Shown here: piece after piece, positions 51,221 through 64,000 of the stretch
Numbering within the stretch: the stretch's first letter is position 1
Layout of the letters: every line of letters begins with the position of its first letter
Source: Bigelowiella natans CCMP2755
Lineage: Eukaryota > Protista > Cercozoa
Assembly (NCBI GenBank): GCA_000320545.1
Contig: ADNK01001946.1
Location: 1-64,000, forward strand
Length of the DNA stretch: 64,000 nucleotides
Reading direction: 5' to 3'
Notes under the pieces: model-generated
What the model was told of the DNA's origin: nothing
Seen by the model: the letters and a program-made list of their open reading frames with translations, nothing else
Database searches by the model: none
Translations under genes and position numbers: made by a program

Positions 51221-53178
51221 ATGGTCTACCGATCCGCTTCGGTTGCTGGCGTTCTTCTCGCCATCCTAGCAGGGGTTTATCTACGCTCTCAATCGTCACA
51301 TGTGGGTATATTTGGAACCTCTTGAAATCGCACCGACCCTTCACCTGTCACCCTCCCTTCCTATTTAGGATGAGTACAGGAGCGTAATTTCCCAGTCAAT
51401 AAATTATTTTAGCCGCACAGGGGCGGGAGGAGTCCCCCTAGCCCCGATAATGATAGGTGCTTGCGTGTTTGTACTAACAATTTTGCATCGTCCCTCCCTC
51501 CCACGGAGCCCTTGACGGCGGCTCTGTAAAAAGGAAGGGAATCATCGGTGTTTCTCGCTGTCTTTGTAGCCCGTGCATGAAAAACTGTTATAATGTTGGC
51601 GTTTTTCTCCCCTTGCTTCGGTCGGAAGGTCATCCTGCTGCATGGAGAGGCGAAGAGCTCAGACGCTCGCCGCACCTCTGGATCAAGAACTTCACGGGAG
51701 AAGACTTGCGTGACCTCAAAGCCGCCACAACCGCTGCAATGTAAGCTTGCTATAGTGCTGCGACATGACAATGCTGCGCTAATATGCGGTTTCTAGCGAC
51801 AACAAAGGATACCAATGCGTCAGGCGACGCTCTTCAATGTGGTTGTGAGAGCCACTGTGGACAAATATTAATGGAAGAACTGCAGAGAATTTGCACGCGA
51901 TGCGATGCGGGTTGGTGCAGCGCCCTGACCGGAGCAATGATTGGAAAACTGTGCTTTGTTCAGTGAAACGCTAAGGGCCGGGAATCGATCTCTGGGGACT
52001 CTGCAGAAGGTGGGTGGCGGCATTTCCATTCAATTGATGAGTCGATACAAACTCCCCGGGTGCCCAAGCACATGAGAAGCCCCGCACGCGCTCACGCAAA
52101 TGCAAATGCCTCTGCCCCTCTCCCCCATCAGAGAGACTTCCCGCTCTCTGTCCGGCTGCGAGCCAACGTCTCCTCGTGGAGGAGGGAGGTGCACACACAG
52201 AGCGGCAGGGGGTTCGTCATCATCAGGGGAATCCGGGTTGCAGAATGGGCGGATGAAGAGCTTGAGACGCTGTTTTGGGCGCTTGGAAAGTACCTCGGAA
52301 TACCCAGAGCGCAGGACAGCGACGGCAAGCTGCTTGGGCATGTCAGAGACATTGGCGAGGACGCCAGCCGCGTTCGGCAGTACAAAACAAACGCCCATAT
52401 CAAGTACGTTGTGTGTCTTTTGCTCTTGTTCCGGGAAACGATAGAAACCACAACGTGCATCTCACCCCCCCCCCTCCCCCTCCCCATGGGGAGGGTTACT
52501 TGTGTACCGTAGCAGCTTTGATTTGGTGCTTTAGATTCAGGATGATTTGTGGTGTTTTTCGCATTGTTTTCGCCGTATCTTCCCCGCTCCGCAGGGCACA
52601 CTGTGACTCCGCGGATGTAGTCGGGCTGCTGTGCGTGTCGCAAGGGGAGAGCGGCGGCCATTCACGGCTGGTTTCGTCTGTGTCCGTCTTCAATGAGCTG
52701 GTGCAGAGGTAGGAGGGCGAAGCAGGAAGAGAAGGAAATGTTTAGAACGATGATGATGATGATGAGGATGATGACGATGATGAAGATGGTGATGATGATG
52801 ATGGTGACGGTGACGATGATGATGATGATGATGATGATGATAATGATGATGCAGATGATGATGATAATGGTGACATTGACAGTGCCATGCGCTCATCTTC
52901 AAGTAGCGTTGTGAATAATCCCCTGCCGAGGTTCATCATCATCCTTGCCTTTCGTACACCATGCAAATGAAGGGACCCTCGATGTAGCAGCTGTGAGCTT
53001 CATCTCGATCTGAATGCTGCTGCTTGTTCTCTGATTTGTAGATACCCAAGGGAATACGTCTCCCGGTTGTTTAGGCCATTTCCTTTAGATGTTCGCGGTA
53101 GTGGGGGAATCAGGTCAGTGCTTGTTTAGGGAACGAGAGGAGAGGAGGGGAGGTGTTATGGGGGATGATATAATAGCA

Positions 53179-53220
<42 letters not shown>

Positions 53221-53477
53221 AATATTTATATCTATATATTTTATATATGTTCCGATCAAGAACATCAACCGATATATCACTCCTTCCCCATCCTGAATTG
53301 AAGGAACTGAGCAAGCACATACCGTTGCTCCACTGCTTGCCGCCCCCCTGCTTTTTATGCTCTATTTCCTGATATTGGGACACAAATAACCTTGCAGCTG
53401 GATTCCGATATCGCCCCTTCGCTACGGTCTAGATGGCCGCCTCCGCTCATTTTATCACACCGAGTAGTAAATCCGAA

Positions 53478-53509
<32 letters not shown>

Positions 53510-53919
53510 GATATAATAAACGTATGATACACATTTAGATAAGCACGGGTTGTGTGTGGGCATTGCTAGTTTTGCGGGTTGCAAGTGTAAGTCCGAAGTG
53601 CCGATAGTTTCAGCCTTGCGACACGGCTATTTCACGACGATATATGGCATATCTGCATAGTTGCACAATGCGAGAGATGGAAGGGGGGAAGGCCTCTTCG
53701 CCTATTTGTTTATTGGTATCTCAATTGCCTGCTTGCTCTTAACGCCGATTCGAGGTACTTTCGGAGCGTGTACTGGGAGCATGTCCGCGATAAACCTGCC
53801 GACAAAATACCGAGGGAGGATGAGAAGGTGTAGAAAAGCGACGTGGTTTGCGCATCGTAATAGATTCGAGGGTTTCGCGTTGAGAGGAAAAAATCATCGC
53901 GTCATCAAAGTCACTAGTT

Positions 53920-53956
<37 letters not shown>

Positions 53957-53987
53957 CCCCTCCAACCTCCCCCCTCCCCCCTCTCTA

Positions 53988-54045
<58 letters not shown>

Positions 54046-54050
54046 ACTCT

Positions 54051-54088
<38 letters not shown>

Positions 54089-54376
54089 GTTGTATCATTC
54101 TCTTCGCTATGATGTAGGTGCTAGATGCTTACGATTCCGTCGTTAATGATCCGGCCCTCTACCTCGACATGAAGTTTGAGGAAGGTGCTGTTATCATCCA
54201 CAACCAACACGTGCAGAGGGAGAGGCAGGAGAAACGAAATACATTGCATGTATCAGTTGTGTCTAGAATCCGCGCTCGCGCGGGTTTACGAATGATTATG
54301 CTTATGAATATAATATTTATATAATTATATTTATTAAAGATTGATATAATATTCATAAATATATATACATATACAA

Positions 54377-54414
<38 letters not shown>

Positions 54415-54950
54415 AAATGAAATAGACGATATCGTTGTTGCATAATTGCAGGAGACATCCAGCTCGTGAGCAACCATTTTGTCCTGCACGCCCGAACAGC
54501 ATTCACCGATAGCCAAGAACACAAACGGTACTCGTGGTGATGGCGATGTGATGCTGGAAGGAGGAGAAGGAGGAGGGGGAGGAAGAGGAGGATAAGGGTC
54601 AGGGATAATTGATATCGCTATTGTTTTTGGTGGGTTGACAGCTCTTATTTATTCTAACCGTCATCTTTCCCTCTGTGTGTACTTTATGCTTCATCGTGCG
54701 TGTATGTTCTAGGCATTTATTACGTCTTTGGCTGTCTCTTGAAAGCGAGACAGAGGAGGAGGAGAAGGAGGGAAGTAAGGGGGTTGGTGGTGACACTGAT
54801 ACAACAACCACTAGACTGCATTCAATCATTGCATCGCAATCTGACTGGATATCCCGGAGGGCAGATACGCTCGCACTTGTTGCTGGTCTGGCTGTTGCGA
54901 AATTCAGGTCTTCTTCGGTCGGAAAAGCGCTTGCTAGCATGTTTCGTTAA
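51221..54950 (+). CDS. TauD/TfdA-family Fe(II)/2-oxoglutarate dioxygenase, multi-exon
   Basis: GHPAAWRGEEL, GRGFVIIRG, LLGHVRDIG, AHCDSADVVGLLC (HxD), GGHSRLVSSVSVFNEL, DPALYLDMKFEEG-DIQLVSNHFVLHARTAF and HLLRLWL. Putative first exon MVYRSASVAGVLLAILAGVYL; the start is tentative. Confidence 0.85.
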
Positions 54951-54959
54951 TAGGAAGCT

Positions 54960-55440
54960 AACTAGCTAAGAGAGCCTGGTTCGTCATCAAAGGGGCAATG
55001 ACTAGAACTAGATAATGTAATTGCATGCGGCCATGTGGTTTGACTACGAGCTATAGTTGTCATCATGCCATCTCAAAAACGCACAGTGACCACCCATGCA
55101 CAGTGATGAGTGAGTGGCCTCTTGGCCGTTTGTCTGAAATCAGTAGCAAACTAGCAAACAATGCAAGATTCGACTACCATCAGTAGGTCTTGCTAGCTTG
55201 CGTGCAGGCACAGCTCTAGTGCGGTAGCGCTAGATCGACAGATCATGCATCGCAACAAACATGATGATTTGCTTGATGATGCAGCGCATATGCTACATGA
55301 ACATGTGCCAGCACATCCACACTCTAGCACTGTGCCATGTTACATGCTAGCATGCAGGCATGAGAAAATTGTAACTAGTCGCCATCCTCCGGCTAGAACG
55401 CACATTCGTAGCGGATGCACATACATCTTATCTGTCCTAG
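54960..55440. other. TpA-depleted patch 7 between convergent 3' ends
   Basis: Surviving TA is mostly in ctag/tag/cta contexts. Confidence 0.7.
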
Positions 55441-55465
55441 ATTACACCCATTCACTGGGTCTTGC

Positions 55466-55537
55466 CTAATCGCCCTTATTGCTGCTACCGATTCCCACAA
55501 ATCCATCACTTCCATCGTCGGAGAGAGCACGATAGGC

Positions 55538-55578
<41 letters not shown>

Positions 55579-55837
55579 CTATAATGATACGTGTGTTGCG
55601 AGCGAGCGCGCGCGCGCCGCGCTGCTGTGTAAATTCGCAATTAAGATGTACCGTCGAAGGCTGCGTAATGACCCTTTCTCGGCACTGTGTTAACTCGAGG
55701 TAGAGCATGGCGCTGTTTGATGTAAAGCACATGTAAGATGCAAGGATGATGCTGGAAAATGGGTGTGAAAAATGGAGGGGATCCAACACTCACTCTACCA
55801 TCTATGTGCAAATTCAAAAATGATGATCTATTGGCTT

Positions 55838-55887
<50 letters not shown>

Positions 55888-55901
55888 CCATCGCTCTTTC
55901 A

Positions 55902-55942
<41 letters not shown>

Positions 55943-56232
55943 TATATCGTGGGGGAGTCGGGATGAACAGATTCTTGTCGACAACGCTTCTCTCTTATAA
56001 AACATAAATACATATATATATTATCCTCCCCCCCTTCCATCCCTTGAGACCAGCAACCACCTGATATACGTCGCAACGAGGTACAAACAAGCTGACTGCG
56101 ACGCAAACATCTGCAGATTGTAAAGCGAAAAATTAAATCTTCTTCAACATACGAATATCAATGCGCTATTCCCCTTCATCCGGGAGAAGAGAAGTGTTTG
56201 CTGCTCAATTGCATGTGTAAGGAGGTTGAGTC

Positions 56233-56298
<66 letters not shown>

Positions 56299-57800
56299 GA
56301 GAGAGCTGATTGAATTCTTTGAATTCGGAGCTGGGATTTAGCCAAATGCTGAGAACCTACCGCACAGAAAAGCACGTTTTTACCCCATATTCTACCGTAA
56401 CTCCCTGCTCACAAACTACTGACAACGCATACTGGCTAACTAGAGGTAGTGTTTGAATGCAGTGGTAATCGTGGAGTGAAAGAGCCAATGCCACGGCATT
56501 TCACCTGCTGCCTTTTAGGCTATGCCATATGTGGGCACGTTATGTTATGTGTGTGTGTGTGTGTGTGTGCGTCGTAAGTATAAAAATCTAATCTCCGCTG
56601 AACATTCCCCCCATTCTTCCTCTGTCTATTCTTCTCCTCCTCCTCATCCTCCTCCTCCCATGGGTGCTCTCCTCCATCCACCCTATGGCTGCTGTTGCTG
56701 CTACCTGCTGAATCTCCGTCAAGAAGACGAGCATGGAGAGGAACGCATGGCTAAAGATCTATGGGGGATATACAGAGAGACATAAGATCAATAATGGTGA
56801 CAGCAACGTATTGATCTAAAAAACAAAACAAAACAAAAAATATATAGAAACGCCCCCCCCCCCCCCCCCCCCGCAGCAGCTGCGCTTCGTTGAGGCACGC
56901 ACCATGTTGATATAAAATCCAGCGTCGTTTGAGATACCGACGTACCCTACGGCTCCGATTAACAACCCGCGCATACCATCGAATCTGCGCGAACGAGGCG
57001 GGAGGGGGGAGGGGGGAGGGGAGGGGAAATATGGTTCTCATGCTAGCCGTACAAAGGGCGTTTCTCTCGACAAAAACGGACGGTGGACATCGTTCAGTAT
57101 TGTTTTTAATGCCTAGGCTTATGGTTGGTGCTGTGGATGGCGATCGTCGGGATTTCTCCTACTACTCTTAAAGGCAAGCGTGTTGAACTCGCCGTATTTT
57201 GTGTTTTTTCAAGCTTGTAATAAAGACAGGTAAGTTTTGGAATTGTAGCTACCCCATGACTATGCGGCAGAGCCCAAAGCAAGCTTGTAGGCCTATCATT
57301 AGGAGAAGAAAATTGATAAGTGTTGGATGTGACGCACAGTGTCGCTCGATTTGAACTGCGTTCATATAAAAATGGGAGTTCAGAACGAGCCTGCTTGAGG
57401 GGGGTACAAGACTTTTTTGAAAGGGAAACTATCAGTGGTCTGCACAGGATATTTATTGACTTCCTACAGATATTAGGGTTTCTACCGAGAAGCAGCAAAA
57501 GAATGGAGGAGCGACTCTTTGCCTTCTCATCAGGAATGACGCTGTGTGGTATAAGGCATGGAAGGAAGTAGTTTCACGGGCAACTCTCATATGGAGGCAC
57601 GGGAGAAGAGAAATCTTATTTGACGAGATCAAAGCTATATATGCTATTTCTGGCCTCGATTGACAACCCCTTTTCACACAACACGAGTAGGAGGGGTAGA
57701 AGGCTGCTATGTTCAACGCATTCGTCACCTCTTCTCAAGGCATGTGCAACAGCCTGATGAAGAATCGTCAGCCATTGTCATCCGCCCTAACAATATAAGC
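55466..57800 (-). CDS. Hypothetical multi-exon membrane protein
   Basis: AG/GT-bounded open exons FDGMRGLLIGAVGYVGISNDAGFYINM, IFSHAFLSMLVFLTEIQQ, VLSIWLNPSSEFKEFNQLSQ, SIILASYMCFTSNSAMLYLEL and AYRALSDDG...GD-stop. The 5' end is unresolved. Confidence 0.45.
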
Positions 57801-58470
57801 ACTAATCAATTTAAGGTTGCAAGACAGATCATAGGAGTGCAGCGTTGAACCTGATTGTCCTTCCTTGCGAAGGGGTGGGGGGAAGGAGTACTGTATGTGA
57901 AGGAGAAAGGATGTGATTCCGAAGGGGAAACACCTTAAATTTGTAGTTCTTTTAAGTAAAAATGCCGTTTATTATTCTCTACGACAACTCCTTTATCCTT
58001 GTCGCCTTTAAATAATTCCATGTAATTTAGGACTCTCTAACCCTTTTATTCGCGGCGCATGTTGGGAAGAGCTTATAATTAAATAGGATCCTTTTTATCC
58101 CCGATATATTCACATGTGCACTATCAAAACAGCACGTCCAGCATTCGAATTTAACCCCAGTTTTCGGCGAATTAAATGGCTGCGATACACCCGATTTATT
58201 GTCGCCTCTTCTGAGTTACATGTATTTTTCTGACGTTGTTAGTTGTTATGATTCATTAGTTCTGAAAATAAACATTAGCATATTCCTCCGATAATTCGTT
58301 GATTTGTCGAAACAACGAGAAAATAGGGCATCCCCCCCCTCGGCACAGGACGGAGTGAGTTACCTCTCAGCCTAGAATGGTTGTAGAGCAGCTCCGTGTG
58401 GGGATTTCGGTCTATTCGAGGAAGTGAAACTGGAAGAGGGCGGGCGAATCTCGTTAGCCATCTCTTTGCT

Positions 58471-58958
58471 ATGCCTGTAATGGCCGTCACTACTTCCGCC
58501 ATCTTTCTCGTCCTTGCATTTCTCTCCAGTCTGGATCTTCCGGGGAGGGTATTTGTTTAAAGCCACGTGTCTAACGCTAGAAAGTGATTTCCTCTTAGCA
58601 AGGATAATCTCTCCGCACAGGTTGTCACCCGAGTGCCTCAGCGCTGTGGCCGTTGCTTCCAGCGAGATAGGGGGGGGACACGGAGAACATCGTGGAAGTT
58701 TCTACGCGGAGGAGGTCTCATCACTGCTCCATGCAACTTCCAACTAATTCGGTTTCGGTCATCACGAAGTGCATACAACCGCGCGCGCGCAACCACGCAA
58801 AACGTCGGTACACGCGGGGTGCGTACCCGCCAAAATAGTGACGCATTGCCTTTCGTATAGGCAAAGAAAAGAATGCTAATTCCGCTGTGGGAACTCCGCC
58901 AAAGCAGGAGCTGGAAATTGTAAAAAATAAATCAGTTTTGTTACATCATGCTCGCTCG

Positions 58959-59020
<62 letters not shown>

Positions 59021-60786
59021 ATCTATCTATCTATCTCCTCTCTCATCTTCTCCTCCTTCTGGAAGATGCAGACTTTATAAATATGAATATATTAAATACA
59101 AATGCATAAATTTTATAAAATTGCACGCTTAGACGCACACCTTTTTTCCCCCCGTAGATTCCAGAGACGGCTGTCGCGAAAGATTTTGAAGACTTAACTG
59201 CAAAGCTGTTAATGCGGGAGAAGAATGACCTTGTGGCCTCGAAAGCCTCTCAAGAAAGACGATTGATGCAGCCGATAACCGAAAAAGAGCTCGCTGATCT
59301 GGTCTCCTCGGAGTCGTCGGCGTCGTCATCGTCGGCGGTACCGTCTGGATGTGATGCAAGAAGAAGAAGAAGAAGAAGATACATGACACAGTGTTGTTCA
59401 AATAAAGACAAATTGCAAGAAATTCCGATATCTCACAACACTTAAGAGCCCCACTGAATAGCGTCATATTCACTATGGTGTTCCACCGCTATAATTTGTT
59501 CGTGAAAATACTAAACCTATTGTAATCGTCCCTCTCCCCCCCCCCCCCCCCCACCCTTCTCGGCAGGGCCAGCAAAGTTTCGCCCCCTCGGACGTGGAGG
59601 AGGCGGTGGGCTGGGATCGAAGTGCAAGGAAAACCAACCGAAATAACTCGACGAAGAGAGGGAGAATATCGGCGTCAAACCACTCCGCCTCTGACGAAGA
59701 AGGTTCATACCAAGAGATGTGCCCTTTAGCCCTTGCAGACGGGTCTACGGATAAGTTCCTGCACACTCCGACGATGATGGTAGTTGCAATAAGCAGCAGT
59801 AGTATCTCTTGCTCACGTTAATATTATTCTAACGCTGATGAGGTCAAACCGCACGCGCGCGCGCGCTGGTTTTGTGATACGCACAGGTAGTTACGAAGGA
59901 TGGCGATATTGTCGGCCGATATGACCCGAGGTGAGGCATCAGCTGCACCGACGATTTTTTTATGCTTGCTGTAGCTCGAGAAAGGGAATTGTTAGGGTGT
60001 ATATGTGGTGGGGGGGGGGGGGGGGAGGAGGGGAGGGTCTTTCACATGTCTCTGGATTTCGCAGCATCACTTGCTAAAAGTGATGGAAAGTCGTCAATCT
60101 CTCACCCTTGGTTTAGATTCAACATTGCCGTGGATCCAACCAAACCGATGCCCACAGTGGACGAAATCATGGAGGATGCAAGGAGAGTCGAAGATGGAGG
60201 TGTGCGAGAAGTTGGGGGAGAGGGGGGGGGGGTGGCTAGCGGGTGAAGCGAGGATGCTCATGTTGGCGTAACCCTCACAACTTGACGTCACAAAAATATA
60301 TTGTGTAGATACTGCTTGATATAGTTTGCACCTGCACTTATCCCCCAAGCCATGTAAACATTGTAAATCTCCCCAAAAGGTGATACGAAAAAACTCATAT
60401 ACCTTTCCCACCCCCCGCCCCGCGCTCCCCCCTCGCCAGATATCGAGGACGGCTTGCTTCATCAGTATGGATCTTTCCACTCTCCCTCCCACCACCAGCA
60501 CGCCTTCTCTTACACCAAACACGATAGCAGCGAAAGCAGCTGCAGTAGTACTGGAGGGGGGGGGGCAGTGAGAAGGGCGCAGAAGAAGCGTGCGCTAGCA
60601 AGAAACACCGCCCAGAAATCTAAGAAACGAATAAATCGCTCAGCAGCTCGCCATAGCCACAGCAGGGGAGACATGGAGAACTTGCTGGTTCCAGTTGTTT
60701 CCTCGAAGAAAACCAGCAGAAAGACGAGGAGAAAGAACAGCGTTCCACGCGCCTCGCGAGACAAGAGAAAGTTCAGCGAGCGCTGA
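58471..60786 (+). CDS. Hypothetical multi-exon protein with hydrophobic N-terminus and basic C-terminus
   Basis: AG/GT-bounded exons IPETAVAKDFEDLTAKLL, VVTKDGDIVGRYDPR, FNIAVDPTKPMPTVDEIMEDARRVEDG and DIEDGLLHQ...KFSER-stop. Confidence 0.5.
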
Positions 60787-61512
60787 CGTTGCTCTATGAT
60801 ACTACAAGATGAGAAATGAGGAGAAACGTTACCAATTCCAATGGTGTCGCATATGGCGTTGTAGATGTGCAATGAAGCCTATACATGTACATCATATTGA
60901 GCATATGCGGCAGCAGGGTTGTGACGTAGCTGCATGCATATTCATGACAGTGAATACTTTTCGGACATGTTGAGGCGTTGTCGCAAGTGTAAGCAATGCA
61001 AGCGTACATCGCATACCTCGCTATGTTAATGAATGATAGCGAGATAAAACAAAATGTGCGCTTTCTATAGTCAGTTCTCTTTGCTCATTATATCATGCAT
61101 GGCACACTATAACACGATGGTATATACGCATACCATTACGATCCCGCCACTGCACAATGCAAGGAACGCCCCACGTACGCATGTATATATACTACGTCCG
61201 AATAACCCACCTGCCTATCGCTATGATGTCAGCGCATGCAGGCATGATAACCAGATCGTAGCGCCTCGAGAGTGATAATACTAACTTGCTTAGGACACGA
61301 CATGCTAGCATGTCATCTAGTAGTAGTAGAGCGTTCATAATATCACAAACAGTATAGCAATTACGGCATTGCTGTCACTAACAATGCAAAGTGAAGCTAC
61401 TGGTGATATGTACTAGGTCAACGACGCACGCAAGCGTTGCGGCTTATGTACGTCGACCATGCATGGCTCTCCAAAACCCATCTCTTAATGGTAGGCTACC
61501 TGCTAAAATTAG

Positions 61513-63373
61513 CTACTTTAACTGTACATGGAACGCACGGAAATTTCCAGATCTGGCGAAGTTCAATAGTGCCGTATCGTCGTCCAATTGCAGCATGTCC
61601 CCATCACGTGTCTCCCACAGCAACTTCATCTTCTCAGGAATGAGGCCCTCGCGGCGAGAGAGGGTTTCTTTGAGCCTGGCGACTGTGTGCACGTTCGCAA
61701 GCGTCGATTCGGGAACCCAAGTTCGGCTGGTCGCAAAGAACACTTGGAGCTTTGGAAGGTATTTCACCTTTCTCATCACGAGATCGAACGAGGCTCCGGC
61801 TTCCGCACGGAGCTCAGCCTGCAGCTTTGCCTTGTCGTTGGGTAGAGCGAGGCGACGGGGGGCGGGGGCGGGGGCGGGGGCGGGGGCAGGGGCGTTATTG
61901 CTGGCCTCTTGTGTCGCGAGGCTCGTCTTAGAAATCGATTCTTTTGTTGTTGCAGAGTTTTCAGGCCGTTCCGCACTATTGCCCGGTGCTCCAGCTGTCT
62001 CATGCCTGTTCCCCTGTTTTTCCTCATCCCCTTTCTCCTTGCCCTTCCGCGGCGCTGGAGAGGGAGATGATAGAAACAAGACCTGGGCGGACGGGTCTAC
62101 CCCCATTTCCTCCTCCACGGCCTCTTTGAGATCTGCAACCGTCGCCCCAGGATCGAGCGTGATCTTCGTTCGCTCCCCGGAAGCAAGCCGCACAAACACA
62201 TGGTACTGATTCTTGGTCTCTCCCTCCACGCTGGCAGGGTTCAAACGCGTAATCAGTTTTCAAGCGGAATGCCGATGATGGCGACAGCGTGTGGTTTTGT
62301 CAATTCATGTGCGCTTCCACCGATGCCCGCATTGCAGAGGCACCAAAGATGGAGTGCTGCGAGCAACTAACAGCGACATGTAGAATAGTACCTTTCCGGC
62401 CTGCCAACTGAGCGCTGGATGGCGTCAAGCATACCACGCATTGCGTTCGCGGGAAGCTTCTGCGACCGAAGAAACCCCCAAACGGCGGTGCAGTCGAAGA
62501 CCTTCCTTTTTGATTCGCTCACTCGTTTCGCAAGCGTTCTGTGTGAGTGGGGAATTACAACGGGAAGGAGGGGGGGGGGGGGGCGTGGTGTGGAATGTAA
62601 GATGGGTCTAGATTGACGGGTGGCTCCTTCATTAGTTAAGGACGGAGCAGGCCGGTGTGGATCATGCCACCAGATGCATGCTGCATAGCAGCAATGAGAT
62701 CATCATGAAGCGACACACCTGAGAGTCTTAATTGCTAGATCTTCGTCCTGCAAGCAGCGCGGTTGGGAGGCGAGGCGGGATAACACCCCACGAATGGCTC
62801 CTTCTGTTAGACCGCTGCCTTCAGAAACCCCGAGCAACGACAGCAGCCTGTGTGAGACAGAAAAAGGGGGGTAGAGAAGGCACCAGGTGAGGGACGATGC
62901 GAGCATAGTATTGCCTGAAGCAACGATGAGAAATATTGGCGAAGGGCGGCGAATTTTCCGTTTGTTGGCCCAAAGGGAGGTCAATCTGGCGTCACAAAGT
63001 GCCTCTCGGTGAGAAACACGGACTGTGCGCCGACCTGAACGAGTCATCGTGCTTTAATCTTTGTGCCTTGGTGTAGTCGGATGTTGGCTTCAGAATGAAT
63101 ACCTCGCCTTTGTGTTCCATCTGAGAGCGGTAAAACTCATCGCATATTCAAAAAAGCTAAAAATATTCAATATTGTATACAAACGATGGAAAGGGGGAGG
63201 GGGGGTATATCAGACAAGGGAGAATTCGATATAATGCATTACCTTCAGATATAGACAATTTGGAAGAAGGTTGCCGAAGCTAAATTTTTTAAATCATAAC
63301 ACACAGATTTGACAAATTGGCCTCAGATTGGACAATTTGCATTTTTTTACAGAGCTTATGAATACACGCACGC

Positions 63374-63438
<65 letters not shown>

Positions 63439-64000
63439 TGTGAGTCAAAACTCACACCTCCAACTGGGTGGAACCGGTTGGTGAAGCCTAATACGACTAG
63501 GCGAGTGAGTTTTTACCGGAAGGGAGGAGAGAGGGAGGATGGAGAACGAAGAGGGCGGAGAGGAAAAAAATAGGAGGAGGGGGAAAGTCTGTTGGCCAGC
63601 AGTCTCAGAACACATGCTACCGATCAAAAAGAAGCTGGTCCCAATCTGGTATTCTAGTCTTTTTGTATAACATCTTCTTAAGTCCGTGCACCGTGCCGTC
63701 ATCCCTTTTGGGGTCACTTTCAAGCTCATATATCGTTTCACCATACTGTACCTTGAGTTCCACAGTGGGGCTCTTTGACAACATGCAACGGACGCGAATC
63801 GGTTCCGGGCTCTCGTCTTGTAAATCGTAGTCGCAGATAGACCGCTCATCAGCGAGTATCTTTCTATGATAGTACATTCTTTGCCGCTCGACGGGTATAG
63901 CTACACTCTTTTCCTCGTTCGCGCGCTCGTAGAGCTGTTTCAGACGATAAATTGTGTCGTACTTGCCGATGGTAATCCAAGTTTCATCCATTCTCATATT
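61513..64000 (-). CDS. Protein with multiple divergent ubiquitin-like domains (5' part outside window)
   Basis: UBL-like segments DTIYRLKQLYE...IPVERQRMYYHRKILADERSICDYDL, TVHGLKKMLYKKTRIPDWDQLL, VFVRLASGERTKITLDPGATVADLKEAVEEEMGVDPSAQVL and TVARLKETLSRREGLIPEKMKLL. Confidence 0.75.

Overview
Eukaryotic nuclear DNA with spliceosomal GT-AG introns and microsatellites. It is probably from an alga with a secondary plastid, such as a chlorarachniophyte; this is inferred only from signal peptide plus transit-like N-termini. About 15 genes can be read: an acidic low-complexity protein, a coiled-coil/Kelch protein, a PI3K-like kinase with dozens of short introns, a carrier-like pseudogene, a PAO/Tic55-family Rieske oxygenase, a C11orf54/DUF1907 protein, a glycosyltransferase-like protein, a secreted Cys-rich protein, a nucleoside phosphorylase, aminopeptidase P, an M48 peptidase-TM2 fusion, a TauD-family dioxygenase, two hypothetical proteins and a multi-ubiquitin-like protein. 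The most striking signal is not a gene. Discrete 0.4-2 kb patches, mostly just downstream of gene 3' ends, have lost almost all TpA to CpA/TpG, while CpG is retained and CTAG (plus TAG/CTA half-contexts) survives. The signature spreads into neighbouring coding sequence as Tyr-to-Cys/His drift. This looks like a localised, context-specific T:A-to-C:G hypermutation or base-modification system running opposite to fungal RIP. Exon boundaries and dinucleotide counts were read by eye and are approximate.
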